From Flavobacterium sp. (GTDB taxonomy: Bacteria; Bacteroidota; Bacteroidia; Flavobacteriales; Flavobacteriaceae), in NCBI GenBank assembly GCA_038104255.1, contig JAYOAM010000003.1:36024-100023 (forward strand): a stretch of 64,000 nucleotides of DNA. Reading direction: 5' to 3'. Below are positions 1-8,739 of the stretch, piece by piece. Both the position numbers and the translations under genes were made by a program. The stretch's first letter is position 1. Every line of letters starts with the position of its first letter. Below the pieces are notes generated by a model. That model had not been told where the DNA came from, made no database searches, and was given only the letters and a program-made list of their open reading frames with translations.

Positions 1-1467
1 AACCCAACGCTTTATTGAATGGATTCCAACAGCAGTGAAACGACTATCTGTTGACGAGGGATACGGCCCTCCATGTACCATAGACGGACAAACCTCTACA
101 CCAGTTGGTACTCCATTAAAAATGATTCTTCCAACTCTATTCTGTAATGCAGCAATTACTTTTGGGTAATTTGCCACTTCATTTTCATCTGAAATTACGG
201 TTCCAGTTAATTGTCCTTCTAATTGCGAAATAATCTTTTCTAATTGATTTTCATCTTCGCATTGAACAACCATAGAAAATGGCCCAAAAACTTCTTGATG
301 TAATGTTGAATTTTCTAAAAACTCTTTTCCTTCAACAGTTGCAATCATTTGACTAGCAAAATTGGTTTGCGTTTTATCTTTAAAAGAAGCTGTAACAACA
401 ACGTCCGATTGTGAAATCGCTTTTTGTTTATTTGTTTCGTATGCTCCAGCAATATTAGGATGCAACATTACAGAGGGTTTAATCTGTAAAATAGCATCAC
501 TTACTTGAGCAATAAACTGTGACAATTCTTTGCTTTTAATTCCGAGAATCAATCCTGGATTGGTACAAAATTGTCCGGTTCCTAAAGTAATTGAACCTGC
601 ATAAGTTTTTGCCCAATTATTACCATGTTGAGTAAGTGCTTTTGGCAGAATTACCACAGGGTTTACACTTCCCATTTCTGCGAAAACCGGAATTGGTTCT
701 TCTCTTTTTGCTGCTAAATCTAGTAATGCTCTCCCTCCACGAATACTTCCTGTAAAACCAACAGCTTTTACTGCTGGATGTTCTACTAGCTGAACACCAA
801 CTTCTATTCCGCTTGAATTTAAATTAGAAAAAACTCCATTTGGCATATTTGTTTTTTCGGCAGCTTTTATAATCGCTGATGCTACTAATTCTCCTGTCCC
901 TGCATGCATTGGGTGCGATTTTACAATTACAGGACAACCTGCTGCTAAAGCGGCTGCTGTATCTCCACCAGCAGTAGAATACGCTAATGGAAAATTACTT
1001 GCTCCAAAAACCACTACAGGACCTAGAGGAATATTTATTTTTCGTAAATCTGGTTTTGGAGCAGGAGTTCTATCTGTAATTGAAGTATCAATTGTAGCAT
1101 CTACCCAAGAACCTTCTGCAACCAAATCTGCAAAAGAACGGAGTTGAAAAACTGTTCTTCCTCTTTCTCCTTTTGCTCGTCCTTCTGGCAATCCAGTTTC
1201 GGAACAATAAGTTTGAATCAACTTATCATCTAAAGCCAAAATCTCATCAGCAATGGCATGTAAAAAAGCTGCTTTTCTCTCTCCAGAAATAGTTCTGAAT
1301 TCTTTAAAAGCATCAGACGCTAAAGAAACTGCTTCATTTATTTCTTTTTGAGAAGCTTCATAGTGAATTGATGAATTTTCAATATTAGAAATAGGATCAA
1401 ACGTTTTGAAGGTTTTTCTTCCTTCCGCAGACAATTGATTTCCAATGTGATTTTTTCCTGTAATCAT
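1..1467 (-). CDS. NADP-dependent aldehyde dehydrogenase, alpha-ketoglutaric semialdehyde dehydrogenase (KGSADH) type; 3' end runs off the window
   Basis: Manual translation from ATG at 1467 (MITGKNHIGNQLSAEGRKTFKTFDP...) stays open to base 1. Contains PVFAEMGSVNP (catalytic Glu), GTGQFCTNPG (catalytic Cys) and the ASNFPLAYSTAGGD motif typical of KGSADH-like enzymes. Not in the ORF track because it has no stop inside the window. Confidence 0.9.
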   Translation of the reverse strand, partial: MITGKNHIGNQLSAEGRKTFKTFDPISNIENSSIHYEASQKEINEAVSLASDAFKEFRTISGERKAAFLHAIADEILALDDKLIQTYCSETGLPEGRAKGERGRTVFQLRSFADLVAEGSWVDATIDTSITDRTPAPKPDLRKINIPLGPVVVFGASNFPLAYSTAGGDTAAALAAGCPVIVKSHPMHAGTGELVASAIIKAAEKTNMPNGVFSNLNSSGIEVGVQLVEHPAVKAVGFTGSIRGGRALLDLAAKREEPIPVFAEMGSVNPVVILPKALTQHGNNWAKTYAGSITLGTGQFCTNPGLILGIKSKELSQFIAQVSDAILQIKPSVMLHPNIAGAYETNKQKAISQSDVVVTASFKDKTQTNFASQMIATVEGKEFLENSTLHQEVFGPFSMVVQCEDENQLEKIISQLEGQLTGTVISDENEVANYPKVIAALQNRVGRIIFNGVPTGVEVCPSMVHGGPYPSSTDSRFTAVGIHSIKRWV

Positions 1468-1504
1468 CCTTATTTATTTTTTGTTTTTTTTCAAATTGAT
1501 GGGT

Positions 1505-2461
1505 TTAACTTATTAAGTCCAGTACTTCAAGCCTTTCTTTTGCCAGAATATATCTTGCTTGAACATCATCAATTTCCTGTTGAGTTAATTTTTTGCCAAG
1601 AGTACGAAGTCCTCCAGCAACATCATTATGATGAATTCCCATAGCAAGCTTAAGATATTCCATAAGCAATGGCTGAGCATCCAGATACGATAATGAATTT
1701 AAAGCCTGAGAAATTTTGTTAGCGTTAGCCCATTCTCGTTTTGTAACGTATTCTTGCATAGTAACACTAGCTTTTGGAAAGATACAACCTACACCTGTAA
1801 TTCCACCAATTGCTCCAGCGAGTCCTGCATGAACAGTGACTGTATCTACTCCTGCCAAGATCTTTAAATCTTTGTTCGCTAACATCATTGTTTCAATAAT
1901 TGAAACATCAATAGTTGATATTTTTAGTGCAGTTACATTTGGAAGATTAGCTAGCTTTAAAAGAAGCTCAGTTGAAACTGCATGATAACCAGCTGCATCA
2001 GGATTGTTATAAGGCATAATGGTTATGCCTACGTCTTTTGCAGTTGCTTCAGAAAGAGCATAGTACTCGAACATCTCTTTATCAGTAGGAATCGCCTTAG
2101 TTTTAGGTGGCATCACCATGACAGTATCAACTCCAACTGTTGCAAGGCCTTCAATAATTTTAGCAAGTTCTTCCTTAGTTTCTGCCGCTGCTCCGCTAAT
2201 CAAAGGGACATTGTATTCTTTAGCAACCTCAGAAAGAGATTTGAGTAAGGAAAGACGTTGATTGCTGTTCAGGTAGCTATTCTCACCGAGAGTTCCAGAA
2301 CCGACAAGTCCACTCATTCTGCTTCCACCCTTTCCTTGAGCTTTTAAAATTCCTGCAGCTTGTTTTTGTGTTGCTTCAAAGTCAATTTCAAGAGAGCTGG
2401 ATTTTGACTCTTTAAACCATGTAAATACTGCCGGCATTACACCTTCCCATTTAATACCCAT
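1505..2461 (-). CDS. Dihydrodipicolinate synthase (DapA/NAL) family protein, probably a 1-pyrroline-4-hydroxy-2-carboxylate deaminase-like enzyme
   Basis: GVMPAV start, GSGTLGE (GxxGE) motif, IMPYNNP tyrosine, Schiff-base lysine in TALKIS; lies directly upstream of a KGSADH-like gene. Confidence 0.75.
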   Translation of the reverse strand: MGIKWEGVMPAVFTWFKESKSSSLEIDFEATQKQAAGILKAQGKGGSRMSGLVGSGTLGENSYLNSNQRLSLLKSLSEVAKEYNVPLISGAAAETKEELAKIIEGLATVGVDTVMVMPPKTKAIPTDKEMFEYYALSEATAKDVGITIMPYNNPDAAGYHAVSTELLLKLANLPNVTALKISTIDVSIIETMMLANKDLKILAGVDTVTVHAGLAGAIGGITGVGCIFPKASVTMQEYVTKREWANANKISQALNSLSYLDAQPLLMEYLKLAMGIHHNDVAGGLRTLGKKLTQQEIDDVQARYILAKERLEVLDLIS

Positions 2462-2482
2462 TCTTGTAATTTTGTATATCTA

Positions 2483-3436
2483 TTATTTCTTATTTATTTC
2501 TGAAGTGAACAAAAATTCGTTCATTAACTTTAAACTTTCTCTTGGATTTTCCTCCATAGGTACATGTCCAGAATTTTCAAGAACCTCTAATTTAGAATTA
2601 ACTAAAATTTCATTCATTCTAATACCATTGGCTAAAGGAATCCATAAATCTTTTGCCCCCCATATTAACAATGTTGGGGTTTGAATACTTTTAAGTTTCT
2701 CTAAATTTACTTGAGTATCTAATTTAAAATCTGTTTTTGCTCTATCAATAAATGCTTTTCTGTTTCCAACTCTTAACGCCATTTTATGATATCGATTTAT
2801 TAATTCATCTGTAATTTTTGAATCATCTTCATATACTTCCTCAATATTTTTTTTAATCAAAAATCTTGGTGTAATATATAAAAAAAGTGAATTTAATATT
2901 GGTGTTTTTGCCATTTTAAAGATGGCTGGTTGACTTTTATTTGTTGGTAATCCACTGGCATCTACCAAAATAAGTTTCTCAACTTTACTTGGATAATCTG
3001 CGGTATAATTCCAAGCAATATGACCTCCCAGTGAGTTTCCAGCTAAATGAAATTTTTCAAGCTTTAATTTTTCTAAGAAGGAATGTAAAAAAGTAGTGTA
3101 AGCCTCTATAGAATAATCTGCATTTTTATTAGGTCCTGTAATACCAAAAGCTGGCAAATCCATTCGAATAACTCTGTTGGTTTTTATTAACACATCTGTC
3201 CAGGCATCCCAGGTATGTAAAGAGGCTGCTGTACCATGAATTAAAACAATTGGAAAGCCTTCACCTTCATCTCTGTAATGCACATTCACTTCATCTATTT
3301 CAATAAATTGAGAGTGTTCATTTGTAAATTCATTTTTTAAATCTTCAACAGAGATATCGCTATAAAAACTATTACCAATGACAAAGGTTAGAAGAATTAT
3401 GAATAAATAAATAAAGTACTTAGATTTTTTCATCAT
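2483..3436 (-). CDS. Alpha/beta fold hydrolase with N-terminal membrane anchor
   Basis: LIHG oxyanion motif, GNSLGG nucleophile elbow, GHVPMEE catalytic His. Confidence 0.9.
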   Translation of the reverse strand: MMKKSKYFIYLFIILLTFVIGNSFYSDISVEDLKNEFTNEHSQFIEIDEVNVHYRDEGEGFPIVLIHGTAASLHTWDAWTDVLIKTNRVIRMDLPAFGITGPNKNADYSIEAYTTFLHSFLEKLKLEKFHLAGNSLGGHIAWNYTADYPSKVEKLILVDASGLPTNKSQPAIFKMAKTPILNSLFLYITPRFLIKKNIEEVYEDDSKITDELINRYHKMALRVGNRKAFIDRAKTDFKLDTQVNLEKLKSIQTPTLLIWGAKDLWIPLANGIRMNEILVNSKLEVLENSGHVPMEENPRESLKLMNEFLFTSEINKK

Positions 3437-3438
3437 TT

Positions 3439-4188
3439 TTAATTGTTAACTTCATACAAAATAGGTTTACTAGGACTTGCATCATTTTCTATAGGAGCAA
3501 CCATTAAATTTAAAAAATAGGTGCCATCATTAATTGTGTTGGGTACATATATAAATTCAGTAATGGTAGCATCTAAACGTACTTTCCCCATTGTATTCCA
3601 GAAAGCATTGTGTGAGAGTAGTTTCCCCTCGTCTTTCTCTTTGTCTACAGAGGGTAAGTCTATTAACAAATGATTAATACCCTTTTCACGAAGGAATACA
3701 GCGCCCTCCTCCATCAGATATGTTGGATTTGTGTGTGAATATTGCATTGTTTTTTTATCTGATAAATTTGGCAGTGTTCTGATTACTATAGCATCTCTCT
3801 TCTTGTTACCTAATGCATATTGTAATTGTTTTTTTGTAATTACAAAATCATCATTAATTTTTTCTGGTGGGATAGTGACAACCTCAGCTAAAAAGAAAAA
3901 TTGTTGTAAATTCTGATGTATAGAATGTATTTTATTTGTGATGTGTCCTACTGTTTCTGTATGAGTACAATGAGAATGAGGATTAAAATGAATGGTATTG
4001 AAATTTACATCAGCCCCCTCTTTAACTGAACCTATCCAATCATCAGAAACTACTGGAAATATTTTAGGCGGATCTAAATACCATGCATTCACATTATTTT
4101 TTCCATCTCTTAAAGGAATAGAAATATCTAGGGGTTTAGATAAATCAATTGTGTATTTTTTTGAATTGTATTTTATTTCTGTAATCAA
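3439..4188 (-). CDS. Cyclase family protein (kynurenine formamidase KynB-like)
   Basis: HFNPHSHCTHTE metal motif, IDLPSVD and DASPS motifs. Confidence 0.85.
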   Translation of the reverse strand: MITEIKYNSKKYTIDLSKPLDISIPLRDGKNNVNAWYLDPPKIFPVVSDDWIGSVKEGADVNFNTIHFNPHSHCTHTETVGHITNKIHSIHQNLQQFFFLAEVVTIPPEKINDDFVITKKQLQYALGNKKRDAIVIRTLPNLSDKKTMQYSHTNPTYLMEEGAVFLREKGINHLLIDLPSVDKEKDEGKLLSHNAFWNTMGKVRLDATITEFIYVPNTINDGTYFLNLMVAPIENDASPSKPILYEVNN

Positions 4189-5318
4189 GACAAATCGAGT
4201 TTAAATAAATCAGCAGAAATACCGTCTGATAAAAATTTTCCTTTTTGAGTTGTTTTTAATATTTCGTCCTCAATATACAATAATTCTTCAGCTCTATATT
4301 TTTCTGATTGGAGTAATAAATAGGTAAGGTATTCTTTTCCAAATTCTCGGGTTACCTTGTCTAAAGACACTCCCCAAATGGTTCGAAGACCAGTCATTAC
4401 ATATTCATTGTATTGATCAGTAATTGATAACAGCTCTCTCTCTATGGGTAATTTGTTTTGCTGAATAGCTGAAATATATTTTGAATTATTTTTTACATTC
4501 CAACTCCGTTGTTTCCCATCAAAAGAATGTGCTGATGGACCAATACCAAGGTAAGATTTTCCTTGCCAATAGGATGAATTGTTAATGCTTAATGCTCCAT
4601 CTTTTGCAAAGTTTGATAATTCATAGTGAGTAAAATTATGCTTTGAAAGTTCTTCTATTAATATATAAAACTGTTCTTGGGCTTGCATATCATTAACATT
4701 GTTTATTGTTCCTTTTTTAATCAATGAATACAAAGCTGTATTAGGTTCTACGGTTAAAGCATAGCTTGAAATGTGTGAAATTCCAGAGGAAAGGACTATA
4801 TCTATATTTTTTCTCCATTGTTTATTTGACAAACCCGGAATTCCATAAATTAAATCAACAGAAATATTATCAAAATAATGTGTAGCTTCAGTTAAACAAC
4901 TTATAGCTTCTTGAGTATTATGTGCTCTATTCATTAATTTTAAATCGTCATCAGAAAAAGATTGAATTCCAATACTCAATCTATTGATTTTACTGGTAGC
5001 TAATTCAACTATTTTAGAGCTTGTTAAATCATCTGGATTGGCTTCAAGTGTAATTTCAGGGTTAGAAACCACCTCATAATTATCATAAACAGCCTCAATA
5101 ATTTGATTAATTTCTGACAGTTGCAATAAACTTGGAGTACCTCCACCAAAATAAATAGTTTGTATAACATCAGTATTCAACTCATTCTTTCTTAGTTTAA
5201 TTTCACTGATAAGACAATTAATAAGTTCATTTTTTTTCTTTAAAGAGGTAGAAAAATGAAAATCACAATAAAAGCAGGCTTGTTTACAAAAAGGAATATG
5301 TATGTAAATACCGCTCAA
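4185..5318 (-). CDS. hemW: Radical SAM family heme chaperone HemW
   Basis: YIHIPFCKQACFYCDF (CxxxCxxC), YFGGGTPS, EANPDD and YELSNF motifs. Confidence 0.92.
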   Translation of the reverse strand: MSGIYIHIPFCKQACFYCDFHFSTSLKKKNELINCLISEIKLRKNELNTDVIQTIYFGGGTPSLLQLSEINQIIEAVYDNYEVVSNPEITLEANPDDLTSSKIVELATSKINRLSIGIQSFSDDDLKLMNRAHNTQEAISCLTEATHYFDNISVDLIYGIPGLSNKQWRKNIDIVLSSGISHISSYALTVEPNTALYSLIKKGTINNVNDMQAQEQFYILIEELSKHNFTHYELSNFAKDGALSINNSSYWQGKSYLGIGPSAHSFDGKQRSWNVKNNSKYISAIQQNKLPIERELLSITDQYNEYVMTGLRTIWGVSLDKVTREFGKEYLTYLLLQSEKYRAEELLYIEDEILKTTQKGKFLSDGISADLFKLDLS

Positions 5319-5336
5319 AGTGAATTGTTGAAATTA

Positions 5337-5888
5337 TTAGTTAATTTTTTTTGGGTTTTGCTTTACAAAAGCACCCCAACCAGAATAATTTTTCCCTTGA
5401 GTGATTTTTCCAGCGTTATAAAAATGACAAACAGCTGCAGCTAGACCATCTGTAGCATCTAAATTTTTTGGAAGTGTTTTTAGATTTAGTAATGACTTCA
5501 GCATGAGTGCTACTTGTTCTTTAGTGGCATTACCGTTTCCTGTAATTGCCATTTTAATTTTTTTAGGTAGATATTCAGTAATGGGAATTTCACGTGATAA
5601 TCCTGCTGCCATAGCAACTCCTTGAGCACGACCTAACTTCAGCATAGACTGTACATTTTTACCAAAAAAAGGAGCTTCAATAGCAATTTCATCAGGCTTA
5701 AAAGTATCAATTAATTCAAGTGTTCTTTCAAAAATTAGTTTCAGTTTTATATAATGATCATCATATTTTTTTAATAACAATTCATTCATCTGAACAAACT
5801 CCATTTTTTTACCAACAATCTTTATGATACCAAAACCCATAATGGTGGTTCCTGGATCAATCCCTAAAATAATTTTTTCTACCTTCAA
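5337..5888 (-). CDS. ruvC: Crossover junction endodeoxyribonuclease RuvC
   Basis: [24 protein letters not shown] and DATDGLA motifs; TTG start. Confidence 0.97.
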   Translation of the reverse strand: MKVEKIILGIDPGTTIMGFGIIKIVGKKMEFVQMNELLLKKYDDHYIKLKLIFERTLELIDTFKPDEIAIEAPFFGKNVQSMLKLGRAQGVAMAAGLSREIPITEYLPKKIKMAITGNGNATKEQVALMLKSLLNLKTLPKNLDATDGLAAAVCHFYNAGKITQGKNYSGWGAFVKQNPKKIN

Positions 5889-5938
5889 ATATGATGTTGT
5901 TTTTGTTTAAAAATATAAAAAAGCTCTTACAAATTTAA

Positions 5939-5995
5939 TTAATTCTCTTGGCATACATGTAAACCTGTAAAACTATAAACTATGTCATTAAACAT
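5939..5995 (-). CDS. Candidate 18-aa small peptide MFNDIVYSFTGLHVCQEN
   Basis: ATG...TAA ORF read by hand, about 50 nt downstream of a near-consensus Bacteroidota promoter. No homology evidence available. Confidence 0.3.
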   Translation of the reverse strand: MFNDIVYSFTGLHVCQEN

Positions 5996-6044
5996 AAACT
6001 TTAATTATAAATTTTGAGAAATTTAAATTCTAACAAAATTCGTC

Positions 6045-6077
6045 TAAAATTAAGTTTTTTTGACGTTTTCGTTCAAA
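6045..6077 (-). promoter_or_regulatory. Putative Bacteroidota sigma-70 promoter (-33 TTTG, 21-nt spacer, -7 TAATTTTA)
   Basis: Minus strand reads TTTG-aacgaaaacgtcaaaaaaact-TAATTTTA; one mismatch to TTTG-N19-21-TAnnTTTG. Confidence 0.45.
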
Positions 6078-6162
6078 AAATAGCTTTTTTTCTTCTTTTT
6101 TTTGTAAAAATCGAGTTTTTTAAACATTTAAAAAATGGGGAATTTTGATGTATAAAGACTCG

Positions 6163-6297
6163 TTAATCAAATAAACTTGCCACAATATTTTCAGCTTGAT
6201 TCCATAAAAATAATGCTAGAATTAAAAGCATAATTAACATCAATCCCTTTTTAGGTTTTGATGCTCTTCGTTTACCAAATTTTCTTTGAAACTTCAT
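6163..6297 (-). CDS. 44-aa single-pass membrane microprotein MKFQRKFGKRRASKPKKGLMLIMLLILALFLWNQAENIVASLFD
   Basis: Hand-translated ATG-TAA ORF below the ORF-track cutoff. Strongly basic N-terminus followed by a hydrophobic helix (positive-inside topology); A-rich start context; co-oriented with mnmD. Confidence 0.7.
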   Translation of the reverse strand: MKFQRKFGKRRASKPKKGLMLIMLLILALFLWNQAENIVASLFD

Positions 6298-6366
6298 AAA
6301 TAATTTTCTAAAGCACTAATATAAAGTTTTAGATTCAATAAATGTATTCTTAGGATCTTAGTGTTT

Positions 6367-7029
6367 TTAAAGTTTTGTTGCGCGTAACATTTCACGTTTT
6401 CCGGGTGGCCCAGGAAGTCTCTCTATACTAAAACCAACAGATTGCATGGCTCTTCTTACACTGCCCTTAGCTGCATAAGTTACTAATACACCTCCAGATT
6501 TTAAAGCTAAAAACATCTTTAAAAAAATTTCTTCAGTCCATAATTCTGGCTGAACTCTTGCACCAAACGCATCAAAATAAATAACATCAAACTTATTTTT
6601 GTCATTAATTTCATGAAAAAACTGTTTTCTCTTCAAAAGAGAAAAGTTAGGAGTAATTTTGTGTTTCTCTTCCCAAGAACAGGAATGAAATGATTTAAAA
6701 ATTTCAGTAAATTGAATTGCATCTAACTCAGCAACATAATTTAATTTTACTAGCTCTTCTTTAAGTATAGGATAAGCTTCTACTCCAACGTACTCAATTG
6801 TCAACTTCCTTTCTTGTGCTTTTAAAAACGTCATGAAACTATTTAGACCCGTACCAAAACCAATCTCTAAAACAGCTATTTCATTAATAGCTTTATAATT
6901 TAATCCTTGTTGGATATAAACATGATTTGCTTCCTGAATAGCACCATGGATAGAATGATATTGTTCATTCCACTCAGGAATATGAATGGTGGTTGAACCA
7001 TCTGAAGTTTTTATAATTTCTCTTTTCAA
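6367..7029 (-). CDS. mnmD: tRNA (5-methylaminomethyl-2-thiouridine)(34)-methyltransferase MnmD (stand-alone MnmC methyltransferase domain)
   Basis: LEIGFGTGLN SAM motif, YFDAFG, VTYAAKG and GPPGKREM. Confidence 0.9.
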   Translation of the reverse strand: MKREIIKTSDGSTTIHIPEWNEQYHSIHGAIQEANHVYIQQGLNYKAINEIAVLEIGFGTGLNSFMTFLKAQERKLTIEYVGVEAYPILKEELVKLNYVAELDAIQFTEIFKSFHSCSWEEKHKITPNFSLLKRKQFFHEINDKNKFDVIYFDAFGARVQPELWTEEIFLKMFLALKSGGVLVTYAAKGSVRRAMQSVGFSIERLPGPPGKREMLRATKL

Positions 7030-7050
7030 AAAATATAGATCTAATGGTGG

Positions 7051-7557
7051 TTATTTTTTTAACAATACACCATTAGCTTCAAAGGCAAATTCCATTGAAG
7101 GTTCAGTAATTTTTGCAATTTCTTCAGGTGATTTCCCTGCATCTTCTGCATAATGTTTTAGATCTGCAACAGACACCTCATTTACAAATGCTTTACCATC
7201 AACAATTACTTCTTTTCCAGCAGCATCTGTAGGTATGAAGAATCCATAATCTTTAAATCTGACCATAACGTTTTCATCTTGATTTCCTACGGGGAGTGAC
7301 ATCCAACATCCTTTTTTTGCACAAACTTCTTTAATGTTCGCATTAAATTTTAAATTGATAGTATCTCCTAATTTTAATGCTTTATAATTTGACAAAGCAT
7401 CATTAGAGGATAAATAATCCGTTGCAGATATAGTAGCTCCAAAAGAACTGTAAGTAGCATTTTCTGCTATTTTATTTTCTTTTTTAGTATCTTTTTTAGC
7501 TGAGTTACAAGCTACAATTAAAAAGGATAACAACATAACAATTCCTATTTTCTTCAT
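7051..7557 (-). CDS. DUF4920 family lipoprotein
   Basis: Lipobox (LIVAC), EVCAKKGCWM and VRFKDYGFFIP motifs. Start placed at ATG 7557 rather than the ORF-track 7587. Confidence 0.8.
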   Translation of the reverse strand: MKKIGIVMLLSFLIVACNSAKKDTKKENKIAENATYSSFGATISATDYLSSNDALSNYKALKLGDTINLKFNANIKEVCAKKGCWMSLPVGNQDENVMVRFKDYGFFIPTDAAGKEVIVDGKAFVNEVSVADLKHYAEDAGKSPEEIAKITEPSMEFAFEANGVLLKK

Positions 7558-7680
7558 ATCAAAAAAATTTAATTTTATACAAAACAAAGATAGTTGTTAA
7601 AATAAAAACCACGAGTGCTTTTTTACTTAAAAAAACAAACAATTTTGTTTACATTTGTTTGTATACACTTATTAATAAGC

Positions 7681-8736
7681 ATGGCCTCTGATATCATAAT
7701 TAAAACTGTAAAAAATTCTAAAATTGAGAGTATAGACTTTAACAATTTACCTTTTGGAAAAGTTTTTTCTGATCATATTTTTCAATGTGAGTATATAGAT
7801 GACTCATGGCAAAATCCAATCATCAAACCCTACGAACCAATTCTTCTAAATCCAGCAGCAAAAATATTTCATTATGGCCAGTCTATTTTTGAAGGAATGA
7901 AAGCTTACAAAGATAGCAACGGAGAGATTTTTTTATTTAGACCAGAAGAAAACTACAATCGTTTAAATCTTTCTGCGAAACGCTTAATGATGCCTGAAAT
8001 TCCAGAAAAATTATTTATGCAAGGTTTGAAGAAATTACTTGAAATAGATGGTGACTGGATTCCTACAGCTGAAGGAAGCTCCTTGTATATTCGTCCTTTT
8101 ATGTTTGCCTCTGGTGAAGGACTTCATGCCTCTCCAGCAGACTCCTATACTTTTATTATTTCTACGGCCCCTTCAGGAGCATATTTTTCTGGAAAAGTAA
8201 CTGTTTTAATTGAAGAAAAATATGCTAGAGCCGCTAATGGAGGAGTTGGTTTCGCAAAAGCAGGAGGGAATTATGCTGCTCAATTTTACCCTACGCAACT
8301 AGCCATTGAAAAAGGATATAATCAGGTGATTTGGACTGACGATAACTCACATCAATTTATCGAAGAAGCTGGTGCAATGAATATCTTTATTCGTATAGGT
8401 GATATTTTAATTACAAGTCCAACAAATGATAGGATTCTAGATGGAATTACCAGAAAAAGTATCATACAAATTGCCAAAGATCACAAAATACCTATCGAAA
8501 TTCGAAAAATTTCTGTTAGTGAAGTTGTTCAAGCTGCAAAAGATGGAAGTTTAAAGGAAATGTTTGGAGCAGGAACAGCAGCTGTTGTTTCACCAATAGC
8601 AGGTTTTGGTTATCAAGGGAATGATTATGAACTCCCAAAATTATCAGACACTTATGCTTCTTTATTTAAAAAGAAAATCACAGATATTCAAACCAACAAA
8701 TCTGATGATCCTTATGGTTGGAGAGTAAAAGTTTAG
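7681..8736 (+). CDS. ilvE: Branched-chain amino acid aminotransferase
   Basis: FHYGQSIFEGMKAY, LYIRPF, AKAGGNY (PLP lysine), EEAGAMN and LDGITRKS motifs. Start placed at ATG 7681. Confidence 0.95.
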   Translation: MASDIIIKTVKNSKIESIDFNNLPFGKVFSDHIFQCEYIDDSWQNPIIKPYEPILLNPAAKIFHYGQSIFEGMKAYKDSNGEIFLFRPEENYNRLNLSAKRLMMPEIPEKLFMQGLKKLLEIDGDWIPTAEGSSLYIRPFMFASGEGLHASPADSYTFIISTAPSGAYFSGKVTVLIEEKYARAANGGVGFAKAGGNYAAQFYPTQLAIEKGYNQVIWTDDNSHQFIEEAGAMNIFIRIGDILITSPTNDRILDGITRKSIIQIAKDHKIPIEIRKISVSEVVQAAKDGSLKEMFGAGTAAVVSPIAGFGYQGNDYELPKLSDTYASLFKKKITDIQTNKSDDPYGWRVKV

Positions 8737-8739
8737 GTT

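Noticed and set aside
1435-2684. Plus-strand ORFs 1435-1644, 1982-2248 and 2472-2684
   Set aside because: Antisense shadows of well-supported minus-strand genes; no motifs.
4540-4600. HemW HNxxYW motif reads NNSSYW
   Set aside because: As I recall, this variant is common in Flavobacteriaceae orthologs, and all other motifs are intact; not treated as inactivation.
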